A DNA stretch of 64,000 bases from Octopus sinensis (taxonomy: Eukaryota): positions 111,352,001 through 111,416,000 of the forward strand of contig NC_042997.1 of the NCBI RefSeq assembly GCF_006345805.1. Reading direction: 5' to 3'. A model generated the notes under the pieces. That model was not told where the DNA came from and made no database searches. It saw only the letters and a program-made list of their open reading frames with translations. Numbering within the stretch: position 1 is the stretch's first letter; the number at the start of each line of letters is the position of its first letter. Shown in pieces: positions 62,658-64,000 of this stretch. Position numbers and translations under genes: made by a program.

Positions 62658-63300
62658 CACTGGTCAATAAAATTTGAACTTTTTGCTGTCCCATGACCTA
62701 AAGAAAGTGAAATTTATAATACTTTTAACGCAGATTTCGAATCTGTTTTTAGAATTTTTCTATCAGACATGGTTTTTATGTGACGGTAATTAAATTATAT
62801 AATAAATGTACTATATTAATGAAGAAATAAGGCTGGTCAACAGAATTAATGAAAAACTCTGTCCCACAAACAAAAGTAGGTGAACCCAGTAGAATGTTGT
62901 CTGCAGAATTCAAGAGTGTTTTCAGATTCTACAAGTCATAGTTTTTCTGTGATAGTATATGTAAATTGTTAAACAATTGTATTTCATGAATTCAAAAACC
63001 AGGCTCATATTACAAGGAAACTTGCCTTTAAAATGTAGAGACGTGATTTTCGACTGTATTTAGCTTCTGGAACGTCCCTTTTAGTCGCCAACATAGAAGA
63101 GCTCCACTTTCCTTGGTACTAGGTTTCCTTGTTGAGAATCTCCTGGTGAAACCTCTTGCCGTGCTCGTCACTGACAGCCCCAAGATTTGCATGGGGAAAA
63201 GTTCAAGGGAGAGTTCAAGAAGTGGATTTTTAGACTCTTATTGCATCCCAAGGCCTTGTATGATGTCAGTAGTTGTTCTGTGATCCCCCAAAACGTTTTG
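62658..63300 (-). mobile_element. 3' remnant of a Chapaev3-like (CMC) DNA transposon
   Basis: Minus strand YKALGCNKSLKIHFLNSPLNF / NLGAVSDEHGKRFHQEI..KYQGKWSSSML; terminus TTA|CACTGG; family assignment is from recalled motif similarity. Confidence 0.75.
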
Positions 63301-63347
63301 CAAACTTCCTTAAATGACACCAGAGACAAATAGAGAAAATGAGAATG

Positions 63348-63382
<35 letters not shown>

Positions 63383-64000
63383 GATGACGACATAGAGGAT
63401 GGGAGTAAAAGAATAAGGAGATGGAAAGTGAAAAGAAAAAAGAAGCATAAAAGTTCATAGTTCAACTTTCCTAAGTTGAGTCCCTGTGTGTGTGATTCTA
63501 ATTTAGATACAAATCCAGCAATTTTTAGGCCTGGAATGTGAATCGATTCCTTCCATCCTAGTATATGACTGGTACATTATTTTATCGGCCCCGACAGCCA
63601 AGTTGGCCTTGGCAGGGTTTGAACTCAGAACGTAGAGAACTAGGACACCGCGAAGCAAACATCAACCGGATGTCTGTCTGTCCACTCGTACACACTTTCC
63701 CTTCTTGTATATAATATTCTCTCTGTAGTGTGGAAAGAAACTTGGAAATAACTGCGTGACCAGGGCCATGTACATAAGCAACAAACGAATAAAGGTATGT
63801 TAAATACCATACAAAAATCTTTCGTTTATTGAAATCATCTTTGCTCTCAGTGAAGTCACAACAACCATTCGATCCCCACTGGTACAAGAGGAGATAATTT
63901 CAAGAAACAAGAATTCTCCAGAATCGACGCACCATTAAGGAAGAAAATGACTGTCTCTTTTACATATATACATACCTATATGTATACATACGCGATAATT

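Overview
Eukaryotic, AT-rich, very repeat-dense non-coding DNA (intron or intergenic). The tRNA-derived SINE families, RTE LINEs with (GAT)n tails and the microsatellite density point to an octopus genome (inference, not verified). I found no intact host protein-coding gene; nearly all ORFs in the supplied track are microsatellite or SINE artefacts. Mobile elements include two RTE-clade LINEs (one with a PHD finger inside the RT), a Penelope-like element (RT + GIY-YIG) with an inverted pseudo-LTR, a full-length decayed mariner, remnants of DD41D, Tc1, Merlin and Chapaev3-like transposons, several MITEs and dozens of SINEs. The most notable signal is about 16 minimal type-I hammerhead ribozyme motifs from at least six unrelated repeat families. 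Most sit next to (TA)n tracts, often as inverted pairs. They include a 114-bp tandem hammerhead array (retrozyme-like) and a Penelope terminal repeat that joins a tRNA-like Pol III promoter to a hammerhead. All motifs were identified by eye and none has been tested for activity.
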